Under the pieces are notes generated by a model. That model was not told the origin of the DNA and did not search any database. It was given only the letters and a program-made list of their open reading frames with translations. From a virus (Duplodnaviria; Heunggongvirae; Uroviricota; Caudoviricetes): a stretch of DNA of 48,029 nucleotides. The stretch's first letter is position 1. Each line of letters opens with the position of its first letter. Below, piece by piece: positions 38,587 through 45,357 of the stretch. Both the position numbers and the translations under genes were made by a program. The stretch lies in IMG/VR virus record IMGVR_UViG_3300018475_001475, one strand, 5' to 3'.

Positions 38587-38784
38587 TTACTCTTTTTCTT
38601 CCCACCTAATTCTATTAACGATAGCATCACACTGAGTTATTACTTCTTCTGTATAATCATCGTCATATCCCCAATCAGAATCGTACTTTGTAATGCCTAA
38701 ATGTCTCATAATCTTTTTCTGATTTGCCATAATTTGAGACAAAGATTCAAATAAGATTCTCTTTTCAAACAATTCATTATCCAT
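38587..38784 (-). CDS. Hypothetical protein
   Basis: SD within junction repeat. Confidence 0.65.
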   Translation of the reverse strand: MDNELFEKRILFESLSQIMANQKKIMRHLGITKYDSDWGYDDDYTEEVITQCDAIVNRIRWEEKE

Positions 38785-38808
38785 AATATCACCTCTTAAA
38801 GTCTAATT

Positions 38809-39015
38809 TTAAGTCAATTTTTTACCACATATAGGGCAATAATTTATTTTAATTTCTGCCCTACCTTCACCCTCCGCCTTAATACCAAACTTTTTGTCCT
38901 TGCAATCATAAACCATATATAAATATGTATAATCACCAATGTCTAAAGTTAATGTTTTTGTGCCGTTCCAAGGATGTTTTTGATATTTTTCTATACAACA
39001 ATATTCGCAATTCAT
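38809..39015 (-). CDS. Small Zn-binding protein
   Basis: MNCEYC..INYCPICGKKL. Confidence 0.75.
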   Translation of the reverse strand: MNCEYCCIEKYQKHPWNGTKTLTLDIGDYTYLYMVYDCKDKKFGIKAEGEGRAEIKINYCPICGKKLT

Positions 39016-39026
39016 ACCATTACCAT

Positions 39027-39428
39027 TTATTCCTTTTCAGCTATACAATACAAATCATCATCTACTCGATTTTTAATCAAATAAAGAATCTTCTGTTCTA
39101 AGTTGCCATCTGACTCTTCCCAGTCCATATACTTTTCATTGTATGGGTCTTCGACAAAATCAATCAGCTCGTCAATAAAACTTGAAAAAGATTCACATGC
39201 TCTCTCACCAGTGTCTGTCGATACCCATCTGTCATAGCTATCTCTTTCTGCTTTGATACGAGGTTCTAGTTCTTTTTCAATACGCCACTCGGCAGAGCTT
39301 CGTCTATCTATTTCTGATTCTAAATCTTCTCGATATTTGTATATTACGCAAGAAGAACACCATCTATCTCTGCATTCACTGCAAGGAGAATAATAACTTC
39401 TACCATCAATTTCAATGTACTTACCCAT
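39027..39428 (-). CDS. Hypothetical protein
   Basis: CSEC..CSSC N-terminus; coiled-coil middle. Confidence 0.7.
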   Translation of the reverse strand: MGKYIEIDGRSYYSPCSECRDRWCSSCVIYKYREDLESEIDRRSSAEWRIEKELEPRIKAERDSYDRWVSTDTGERACESFSSFIDELIDFVEDPYNEKYMDWEESDGNLEQKILYLIKNRVDDDLYCIAEKE

Positions 39429-39456
39429 ATCGTCACCGTTTAAAATTCGTATTTTA

Positions 39457-39798
39457 TTATATTGTCAATCCAATACTAGCAATTCGAAAATCAGATATCT
39501 TGCAGTCTTCAATTTCGTTGACAATAATATCTGCGCCACTATGGAAAATAACGCCATCTACTGTCAGCTTGCATACCTGGTTCTCAGAATCCCAAGTTAC
39601 AATATGAGATGTTCCAGTGGTTGCCCCAATAACCTTTGCATAGCCTTCAACGTCTTCTTTGTAAATGATAGGAAGATTCGTTTGTAGATTATTTAATGCA
39701 TTTTCTACGGCTTCCGCTGTATAAATAACCCCGTTACAATCTGGCTTATCGACTGGAATTGGGATTGTAATTTTTACTTTTGTATTTTCTACTCTCAT
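39457..39798 (-). CDS. Hypothetical protein with possible degenerate prohead-protease-like fold
   Basis: KPDCNGVIYTAEAVENAL..LPIIY..VIG pattern. Confidence 0.6.
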   Translation of the reverse strand: MRVENTKVKITIPIPVDKPDCNGVIYTAEAVENALNNLQTNLPIIYKEDVEGYAKVIGATTGTSHIVTWDSENQVCKLTVDGVIFHSGADIIVNEIEDCKISDFRIASIGLTI

Positions 39799-39816
39799 AA
39801 TATTTACCTCTCAAAA

Positions 39817-40014
39817 TTAAACCTTTAAACTCTCAAAATATTTCATTGCGTCTTCATATTCTTTTTTTATTTTTTCTTTCAGCTCTTTTCCACTTTCGCT
39901 ATAGTCAGGAAGAATCGCCATCATGCGTCTTACTGCGTGATAATATTTTTGTGTGGCAGGATGTACAGAATTTTGATTCTCTGCTTTGCCGCTGTATTTA
40001 GGATAAAAAATCAT
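39817..40014 (-). CDS. Hypothetical protein (start MIFYPKY)
   Basis: ATG 1 nt after the upstream TAA. Confidence 0.6.
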   Translation of the reverse strand: MIFYPKYSGKAENQNSVHPATQKYYHAVRRMMAILPDYSESGKELKEKIKKEYEDAMKYFESLKV

Positions 40015-40015
40015 C

Positions 40016-40111
40016 TTAATTCCCACCATTTGCCGAAAGCAATGCACATATTACTAACCCAAAAGATGCAGACAGTGGAATAATCCAAAGTAAATTCCAT
40101 GCACTAATCAT
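40016..40111 (-). CDS. Small membrane peptide, 31 aa (not in ORF track)
   Basis: MISAWNLLWIIPLSASFGLVICALLSANGGN; overlaps upstream stop. Confidence 0.65.
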   Translation of the reverse strand: MISAWNLLWIIPLSASFGLVICALLSANGGN

Positions 40112-40454
40112 TTTTATCCCTCACAGTATAAATTTTTCCTTCTTGATCTATGATTTCATATCTCTCTAGGAAAGAGTTCATAGATACTTCGTCTGAGATT
40201 GTGACTTTATATTGAGTTTCGTATTCAAGTGGGAGTGTATTACGTGCAAATAAAGCACACAGGAATGCACCAAAAAGGCATCCGGCAATTGCGCCAGCAA
40301 CGAAACTCCACCAACCAAGCTCTGGCATACAACACACGCCAACAACAATTGTTATGAATGCGGTCACAATCGTAAACGCCGCCCAAAATATATTCCAATC
40401 AAATCCAAACGTTACGGCGACTTCTTCTATTGCCAAAATTTCTACACCTGTCAT
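40104..40454 (-). CDS. Two-TM membrane protein (start MTGVEIL)
   Basis: GGAGG SD; two hydrophobic helices. Confidence 0.7.
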   Translation of the reverse strand: MTGVEILAIEEVAVTFGFDWNIFWAAFTIVTAFITIVVGVCCMPELGWWSFVAGAIAGCLFGAFLCALFARNTLPLEYETQYKVTISDEVSMNSFLERYEIIDQEGKIYTVRDKND

Positions 40455-40455
40455 A

Positions 40456-40731
40456 TTAATTACCTCCGTCCATCTTTGCACCGCAGTTGGGGCAGTACCA
40501 TGTTCTTTTGTGGTCATTGCACATATGGCATTCGGAACAGTACCACTTATCGTCTATCGGTTCGCCAGAATCGTAATGGTGATGAATCCACCGCCCATGA
40601 ACCACTTCCACGGCATCCACGGTGGGCATTTCCCCAACTATCGCAGTTGCATAACCATAACCCGGCTTTCGATTTTTACGAAGTTTTTCTAACAACTCAT
40701 TGGCATCAATCATCCGCTTTTTACTTGCCAT
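40456..40731 (-). CDS. Zn-ribbon phage protein
   Basis: MIDANEL..PTVDAVEVVHGRW..CSEC..YCPNCGAKMD. Confidence 0.8.
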   Translation of the reverse strand: MASKKRMIDANELLEKLRKNRKPGYGYATAIVGEMPTVDAVEVVHGRWIHHHYDSGEPIDDKWYCSECHMCNDHKRTWYCPNCGAKMDGGN

Positions 40732-40921
40732 CGTCTTTTCCTCCGTCCATTATATTTCCACAGGATTCACAATAATTTGGCTGTTCGCCTCTAAGCCATG
40801 CATGTCTGCGATCATAGTCGCAGATCGAGCATTTTAGATATCTTTCAGTCCAGAAGCCAGTTTCTGGAGTGCCTTGTTGTTTATCTATGGTGATCCAGTG
40901 GCCGTGTTTAAGTTCTTCCAT
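40721..40921 (-). CDS. Zn-ribbon phage protein
   Basis: KHGHW..CSIC..NYCESCGNIMD. Confidence 0.75.
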   Translation of the reverse strand: MEELKHGHWITIDKQQGTPETGFWTERYLKCSICDYDRRHAWLRGEQPNYCESCGNIMDGGKDDGK

Positions 40922-40975
40922 ACTTATTTCCTTTCATAAACTTGACGCAAAATTTCATCATACTTCCGCATACTG

Positions 40976-41164
40976 TCAAGCCAAGTCAGAAATCTCATAA
41001 TCATCTTCGGATGTTCCTTCATCGATATCCTTAATTTCTTTGCCCATACGATAACGCCATAAAGAACAGTTGGTGGAAGGACATCTACGTACTTCTGCCA
41101 TATTACCGCAGCAACAATCGATGCACTTTAGGCGAATTGCCTTAGATCTACTAATTCGCTCCAT
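40976..41164 (-). CDS. Small Cys-rich phage protein
   Basis: KAIRLKCIDCCCG..EVRRCPSTNCSLWRYRMG. Confidence 0.75.
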   Translation of the reverse strand: MERISRSKAIRLKCIDCCCGNMAEVRRCPSTNCSLWRYRMGKEIKDIDEGTSEDDYEISDLA

Positions 41165-41176
41165 ATAATTTGCTCC

Positions 41177-41506
41177 TTACTTATTAAACCACGCCACATA
41201 AACAGTACCAGTTGCTTTTGCAGCCTCTAAATACTTAACGTTGCATCTAACATATCCAAGTTCATTTCCGTCTGCATCAAGCAGATCACCGCAGCCATCA
41301 TAGGCGGTATAAAAACCACCACGAACATCTTCGATGAAATCATCAATAGGGAGGAAGAGACCATAACCCTTTTGGACATTTAGAATCATAGCTTTGGCAT
41401 ACAAAGTCAGAAGTTCCTTTCGTACTTTATGATCATCCTTATCTAACTTGGAGACTCGCGCCTCATAGCATTGCATAAGTAGACTAATTTCCCATTGTAA
41501 ATCCAT
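41177..41506 (-). CDS. Conserved phage hypothetical protein, first gene of the leftward accessory operon
   Basis: GGAGTG SD; downstream of a consensus promoter. Confidence 0.75.
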   Translation of the reverse strand: MDLQWEISLLMQCYEARVSKLDKDDHKVRKELLTLYAKAMILNVQKGYGLFLPIDDFIEDVRGGFYTAYDGCGDLLDADGNELGYVRCNVKYLEAAKATGTVYVAWFNK

Positions 41507-41517
41507 ATTATCACTCC

Positions 41518-41533
41518 ATTAATTTTGTACTGT
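41518..41533 (-). promoter_or_regulatory. Motif variant ACAGTACAAAATTAAT
   Basis: 15/16 match, between predicted TSS and SD. Confidence 0.55.
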
Positions 41534-41545
41534 TTAAGTATGAGG

Positions 41546-41574
41546 ATTATACCACATTTCCCTTAATTTGTCAA
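41546..41574 (-). promoter_or_regulatory. Consensus sigmaA promoter, leftward
   Basis: TTGACA-17-TATAAT with extended TG. Confidence 0.9.
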
Positions 41575-41619
41575 GAGGGTATAATCAGATAAAATTTTAT
41601 CAACTTTTAAATTATTTTT

Positions 41620-41853
41620 TACTCATCAGTATCAAAATGGCACTGATGATCGGTGTTAAAATAATACCCATAATAAATAATATAATAAATAATATATAAT
41701 ATATATAAGACTCGGTTTGGCTTTGCCACCTCGTCTTGAGACTCGCACATGCTCGTCTTTCGCTTCGCATTCGCTCAGCTTATGAAACTCGGCTTTGCCT
41801 CGTTTAACGGCTCGCTAATCGCTTCGCCTTAGGGGAACGGCGTTCGCTTACGC
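41620..41853. other. Candidate replication-origin-like segment
   Basis: Hairpin TCATCAGT/ACTGATGA, nearly pure A/T run of about 40 nt, then GC-rich CTCG/CGCTTCGC repeats. Confidence 0.35.
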
Positions 41854-42216
41854 TCACTTGGTTTCGTCGTCTTGGGGCTTGGGCTTTCTTTTTTCTTCTT
41901 CATACTTGGCTTGAGACACAATTTTCTTGGTGTTGATGTAGAGGTTGCCTTTTTCGTCTGTCTTTATAAAACCTTTTTTCTCCAACGCCTTTCGGGTTTT
42001 GTAGTAGTTGTTTGGTTGGGTAATACCAGCCATACGCTGTACATAGGCTGTGCTGGGAGCGAAGCTTCCGTCGCCCTTGCAACCTAATAGGGTGAGGAGG
42101 ACTTTGGCCTCATTGCCGTTGCATATTTGGTTTATAGCAGAGAATAACTCTACAGGGTACGCTACGAAGTTTTTTGTCTTTTCTGGTTTGTCGTGGAATA
42201 CCTGTGGGGCATTCAT
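41854..42216 (-). CDS. Winged-helix DNA-binding protein resembling a replication-initiator N-terminal domain (start MNAPQ)
   Basis: NEAKVLLTLL..STAYVQRMAGIT..YKTRKALEKKGFI; AGGAGG SD; own promoter. Confidence 0.7.
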   Translation of the reverse strand: MNAPQVFHDKPEKTKNFVAYPVELFSAINQICNGNEAKVLLTLLGCKGDGSFAPSTAYVQRMAGITQPNNYYKTRKALEKKGFIKTDEKGNLYINTKKIVSQAKYEEEKRKPKPQDDETK

Positions 42217-42246
42217 AGGCCATTCCTCCTTTCTGTTTAGTGACAC

Positions 42247-42262
42247 ATTAATTTTGTGTCGT
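42247..42262 (-). promoter_or_regulatory. Motif variant ACGACACAAAATTAAT at predicted TSS
   Basis: Exact ACAAAATTAAT core. Confidence 0.5.
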
Positions 42263-42266
42263 TGAT

Positions 42267-42295
42267 ACTATAGCATACTTTTTTTGGTTTGTCAA
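42267..42295 (-). promoter_or_regulatory. SigmaA promoter, leftward
   Basis: TTGACA-17-TATAGT with extended TG. Confidence 0.85.
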
Positions 42296-42299
42296 GGGG

Positions 42300-42730
42300 G
42301 AGTTTTAGTTTGAAGTACCCCCCTACCTGTGTAGTTAAAAGTACCCCCGGTCGGGCCATTTAATAGGGGATACTTGTTGTTTTTATGTTGTAGAAGTGGG
42401 TAAATAAGATTTACTTGTAGTTGGTTTTTAGTTATTTGTAAGGGTAAGTTTTATTTACCCGTGGTTTTTAATAGGGTTTTGTTGGGGTTTGGTAGTTTTG
42501 GTGTAAAGGATTACATTATTTGGTGTTATTTTTTGGGCTTTATTTTTAAGGAATATTAATAGGAGTTTTTAATAAGTATCTGTTAATGATCTACCGAATA
42601 GTTTGACAAACTTTAAAGGGTTGGTGAATTTAATAGGTATTTCTTAATGAATACGGGAAGTTGACGAGTTTTGAGGTTGGATGTAGATGTTTTTTGTGAC
42701 TATTTTGTAGGTTGTATGATGTGGGTTTAG
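42300..42730. other. Non-coding, strongly G/T-skewed tract with short repeats
   Basis: Few C on the + strand; TTAATAGG x4; AAGTACCCCC at 42313, 42339 (third copy at 42811). Confidence 0.6.
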
Positions 42731-42790
42731 CGTAGCTCGGATTTTGCAGTCAGTGTGTAAATAAACTACCTTAGATCCCCTCGCTAAAAA

Positions 42791-42838
42791 CCACAACATA
42801 TTGTGGTTTTAAGTACCCCCGACCACTATATATAGTAT
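42791..42838. promoter_or_regulatory. Tandem NrdR-box-like palindromes
   Basis: CCACAACATATTGTGG (42791-42806) and CCACTATATATAGTAT (42823-42838), 32 bp start to start. Confidence 0.65.
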
Positions 42839-42860
42839 AAAAAGTCGGACAAATAGGGAT

Positions 42861-42888
42861 TTGACTTACCATGTAAATGTGGTATTAT
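42861..42888 (+). promoter_or_regulatory. SigmaA-like promoter, rightward (early)
   Basis: TTGACT-16-TATTAT with extended TG. Confidence 0.65.
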
Positions 42889-42914
42889 GTTAGTGTAATC
42901 AATAACTGATTACG

Positions 42915-43073
42915 CCAAGGGCAATAGCCCTTGGGCTGTTCCTTGAAAACTTGGTCTGTTCCCTGTATCCGTTTTTTGGGCTTGAAAAAGCCGTTTCTGT
43001 ATCGGATACTTGGGCTTGAAAAAGCCGTGAACAGGTTACGCCAAAATTTTGGGGAAATTGTTCCTTGAAAACT
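42915..43073 (+). promoter_or_regulatory. rrn-like antitermination leader: hairpin, boxA, two GAAA hairpins, boxA
   Basis: CCAAGGGC/GCCCTTGG stem; TGTTCCTTGAAAACT at 42937 and 43059; GGCTT-GAAA-AAGCC twice. Confidence 0.65.
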
Positions 43074-43420
43074 GAATATCACGGCATATGGTAACATTGT
43101 AGAGATACACACGCCTAGCCACCAGTCCGAGCAGGCTACAAGTCCTTTGGGATACTGTAAAACTGTCGCAGGCAATGGGGGCGTCCTGTCTTATAAAGGG
43201 CAGGGGATGAGATTTCCGTGGAGTGATAACCGTAGGCACGCCATGCCCAGCCATACTCACTCGCCATATGTGCCCTGCATGGGGCTATTGGAGATAATAC
43301 ACACCCATAGGGTTATTGTACACGCAGCAAATACCACAGTATACAATAACCATGTGACACTATGGGTCACTTTGAGGGGATAGTATATCTGTCCCTTGAA
43401 AGTGGCTCACAGCCACAAAT
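43074..43420 (+). ncRNA. Candidate structured non-coding RNA or long leader
   Basis: No credible ORF; several stems including CCCATAG+GGTTATTGTA / TACAATAACC+CTATGGG (43304-43366). Confidence 0.4.
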
Positions 43421-43456
43421 ATATTGAGCGTAAACGCTCGGAAAGAGGTAATAACC

Positions 43457-44128
43457 ATGAGTAAGAACAACATGACTATTTTCGCCGAAGCACTTTCTGT
43501 AAACCGTGACTTCAAGAACGCCCGCATCAGTGGACCTGCCGTTGGTGTAGCCAACGCTCGCAAGTGGGTGGCTGCTGTCAAGGCACTGCGTTTCCCTGCC
43601 TATGCTGTCCGTGTATATCGCTACAACAACATGGGCGAAGCTGAAACTGTCGCCAAGTGCAACGAAACTCCCGTATACGACGCCCTTGCACCTATCCTGG
43701 ACATGGTAGGCGAAGTCAACGGTGCGAAGCTGAACGCCCACAACATCGCAGAGGAAGTCATCTCTGCCGCTCTGCGTTTCCGTGTCATCGATATCACTCC
43801 CGAAATGGCTCACGCTCGCTGTGAAAAGCGTGTAGCTAAGAAAGCCATGGACGAGGACGAGAGCGAGGATACTATCGCTGCATACAACGCTGCCTGTGAC
43901 GAGGTAAAACGTCTGGAAGAAGAGCCTGGCAACTGCAAGCGTCTTGCTGAAATTCAGGCTGAAACTGCGTTCATCAAGGCTGTGGAAATCCTGCTTGGTG
44001 ACGCCATCAACAAGCAAGCCATGAAGTCTGCCGAAGAAGTCGCAGCCGAAGAAGAAGCCAAGCGTGCTGCACGCCGTGAAAAGACTAAGGCTAAGCGTGC
44101 TGCTAAGAAAGCTGCTGCAAACGCCTAA
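43457..44128 (+). CDS. First early gene, highly expressed-type protein of unknown function (start MSKNN, 223 aa)
   Basis: AGAGGT SD; strong codon bias; Ala/Lys/Arg-rich helical tail. Confidence 0.85.
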   Translation: MSKNNMTIFAEALSVNRDFKNARISGPAVGVANARKWVAAVKALRFPAYAVRVYRYNNMGEAETVAKCNETPVYDALAPILDMVGEVNGAKLNAHNIAEEVISAALRFRVIDITPEMAHARCEKRVAKKAMDEDESEDTIAAYNAACDEVKRLEEEPGNCKRLAEIQAETAFIKAVEILLGDAINKQAMKSAEEVAAEEEAKRAARREKTKAKRAAKKAAANA

Positions 44129-44139
44129 CCCTGCACTCA

Positions 44140-44155
44140 ACAGCACAAAATTAAT
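44140..44155 (+). promoter_or_regulatory. Motif variant ACAGCACAAAATTAAT on the + (sense) strand
   Basis: 14/16 match with exact ACAAAATTAAT core. Confidence 0.5.
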
Positions 44156-44156
44156 G

Positions 44157-44207
44157 AACCTATAACCAGGGGGCATGAGTGAAAGCTCGTGCCCTTTATT
44201 ATGGGCT
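44157..44207 (+). other. Conserved intergenic stem-loop element, copy 1
   Basis: AACCTATAACCAG-[GGGC..GAAA..GCCC]-TTATTATGGGCT. Confidence 0.65.
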
Positions 44208-44237
44208 CATGCTCAAACAATTTCAAGAGGTGACGTT

Positions 44238-44387
44238 ATGCGTAAAACTTACAGAGTGTATTTCATTGATGCTAGGGATGGATACCCTAATCAAAAGCTG
44301 TTGGAAGTTGACTGCGTAGATGACATCTACGGCTATATGGCACATCTCGGTCATACTGTGACCAAAGTTGAAGAAGTGGTTTCCTAA
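44238..44387 (+). CDS. Small early protein (start MRKTY)
   Basis: GAGGTG SD. Confidence 0.7.
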   Translation: MRKTYRVYFIDARDGYPNQKLLEVDCVDDIYGYMAHLGHTVTKVEEVVS

Positions 44388-44457
44388 AGAGTCTGTACCA
44401 TAAACAGGCTCTATTCCAATACGGTTAATCCGTAAATATTAAATACGAGGTGACATT

Positions 44458-44571
44458 ATGAACTTCAAAGATACGCAGTATTACATTGCCCAGGTTAAGT
44501 ATTATCTTGGTCTAGCTGTATCTGCCATCTTGGTTGACGCAGTTGTTCTGCTTGGTATCCTGTTTGCATAA
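44458..44571 (+). CDS. Small membrane peptide, 37 aa (not in ORF track)
   Basis: GAGGTG SD; MNFKDTQYYIAQVKYYLGLAVSAILVDAVVLLGILFA. Confidence 0.65.
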   Translation: MNFKDTQYYIAQVKYYLGLAVSAILVDAVVLLGILFA

Positions 44572-44598
44572 TTCACCTCGGCTGTGAGGTGTATTTTT

Positions 44599-44889
44599 AT
44601 GAAAACCACTCAAGAATTCATTAAGCACAAAATTGAGTGTCTTGATAACAAGTATCCAAATGCTATCCCTGTATTCGGTGGTGCTCTATGGGTGTACCAC
44701 GACAACGACTTCGACAGCAAACGCTTTATTGCAGGGTTGCACCACATTGCCGAAAATGCCGAGTTTTTCAAATGGCATGAGGGCGTTGCAGGTGCAATAC
44801 GCAGATACTGTAACATCTGCATGGTAGACCCTGTTGTCGTAGAAGTAGTGCTTGGTATGAAACTTGAAGAACTTTGTACAAGGGGGTAA
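44599..44889 (+). CDS. Early hypothetical protein (start MKTTQ)
   Basis: GAGGTG SD. Confidence 0.7.
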   Translation: MKTTQEFIKHKIECLDNKYPNAIPVFGGALWVYHDNDFDSKRFIAGLHHIAENAEFFKWHEGVAGAIRRYCNICMVDPVVVEVVLGMKLEELCTRG

Positions 44890-44893
44890 TGTT

Positions 44894-45133
44894 ATGTATA
44901 CTTTATACATTCCAACTATTGGCGAAGTTACTTTGCACTTTGCAACTATCCGTATTCACGGGTTCAAAACCTATATTACTGGATTTGATGATGAGCACAA
45001 TCGTCTTGATTTCATTTTGGATAAATTAGTATATCCAGAGGAGCGTCCAGAAGATTGTGGGTATTGTCACATTACTTCATATACTATGCACGGTAAAACT
45101 GTGCCATATAATAAGTATCACTCTATTCACTAA
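44894..45133 (+). CDS. Early hypothetical protein (start MYTLY)
   Basis: AGGGGG SD-like; tight packing. Confidence 0.65.
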   Translation: MYTLYIPTIGEVTLHFATIRIHGFKTYITGFDDEHNRLDFILDKLVYPEERPEDCGYCHITSYTMHGKTVPYNKYHSIH

Positions 45134-45155
45134 GCTCAGTTAGGAGGTAATCACT

Positions 45156-45353
45156 ATGACCAAGTTTGAAAACATTGGTATTCTCTACCAATATGAGGCA
45201 CGCAACAAGCATGAGGCGAACAAGTCTTTTGAGCACTCTTGCAAGTGTTGCTGTGAAAAGGGTATGCGTATTGAGTGCGACCGCTGTGCGATTGCACATA
45301 CCCACTCTATGATTGTTGCTTACTTTGATGACAAAGAAGCACGAGAGGGGTGA
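45156..45353 (+). CDS. Cys-rich early protein
   Basis: GGAGG SD; SCKCCC..ECDRC. Confidence 0.75.
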   Translation: MTKFENIGILYQYEARNKHEANKSFEHSCKCCCEKGMRIECDRCAIAHTHSMIVAYFDDKEAREG

Positions 45354-45357
45354 GTGT

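Larger units (their letters stand above)
37582..39827 (-). repeat. Dispersed gene-junction repeat TAAAA-N6-TTTTA(AGAGGT), 7 copies
   Basis: Copies start at 37582, 37916, 38123, 38566, 38796, 39441 and 39812 (last and fifth degenerate). Confidence 0.8.

Noticed and set aside
41624-41650. Hammerhead ribozyme (CTGATGA present)
   Set aside because: CTGATGA is one arm of a simple hairpin, with no GAAA core or three-stem junction
42977-43028. Mini CRISPR array (TGGGCTTGAAAAAGCCGT twice)
   Set aside because: Only two 18-nt repeats with a 16-nt spacer, too short; better explained as GAAA hairpins in the leader
43405-43420. Third NrdR box (CACAAATATATTGAGC)
   Set aside because: Lacks the conserved C at position 4 and has no partner at tandem spacing
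43367-44176. 269-aa minus-strand ORF
   Set aside because: Antisense shadow of the biased early gene; no SD or promoter
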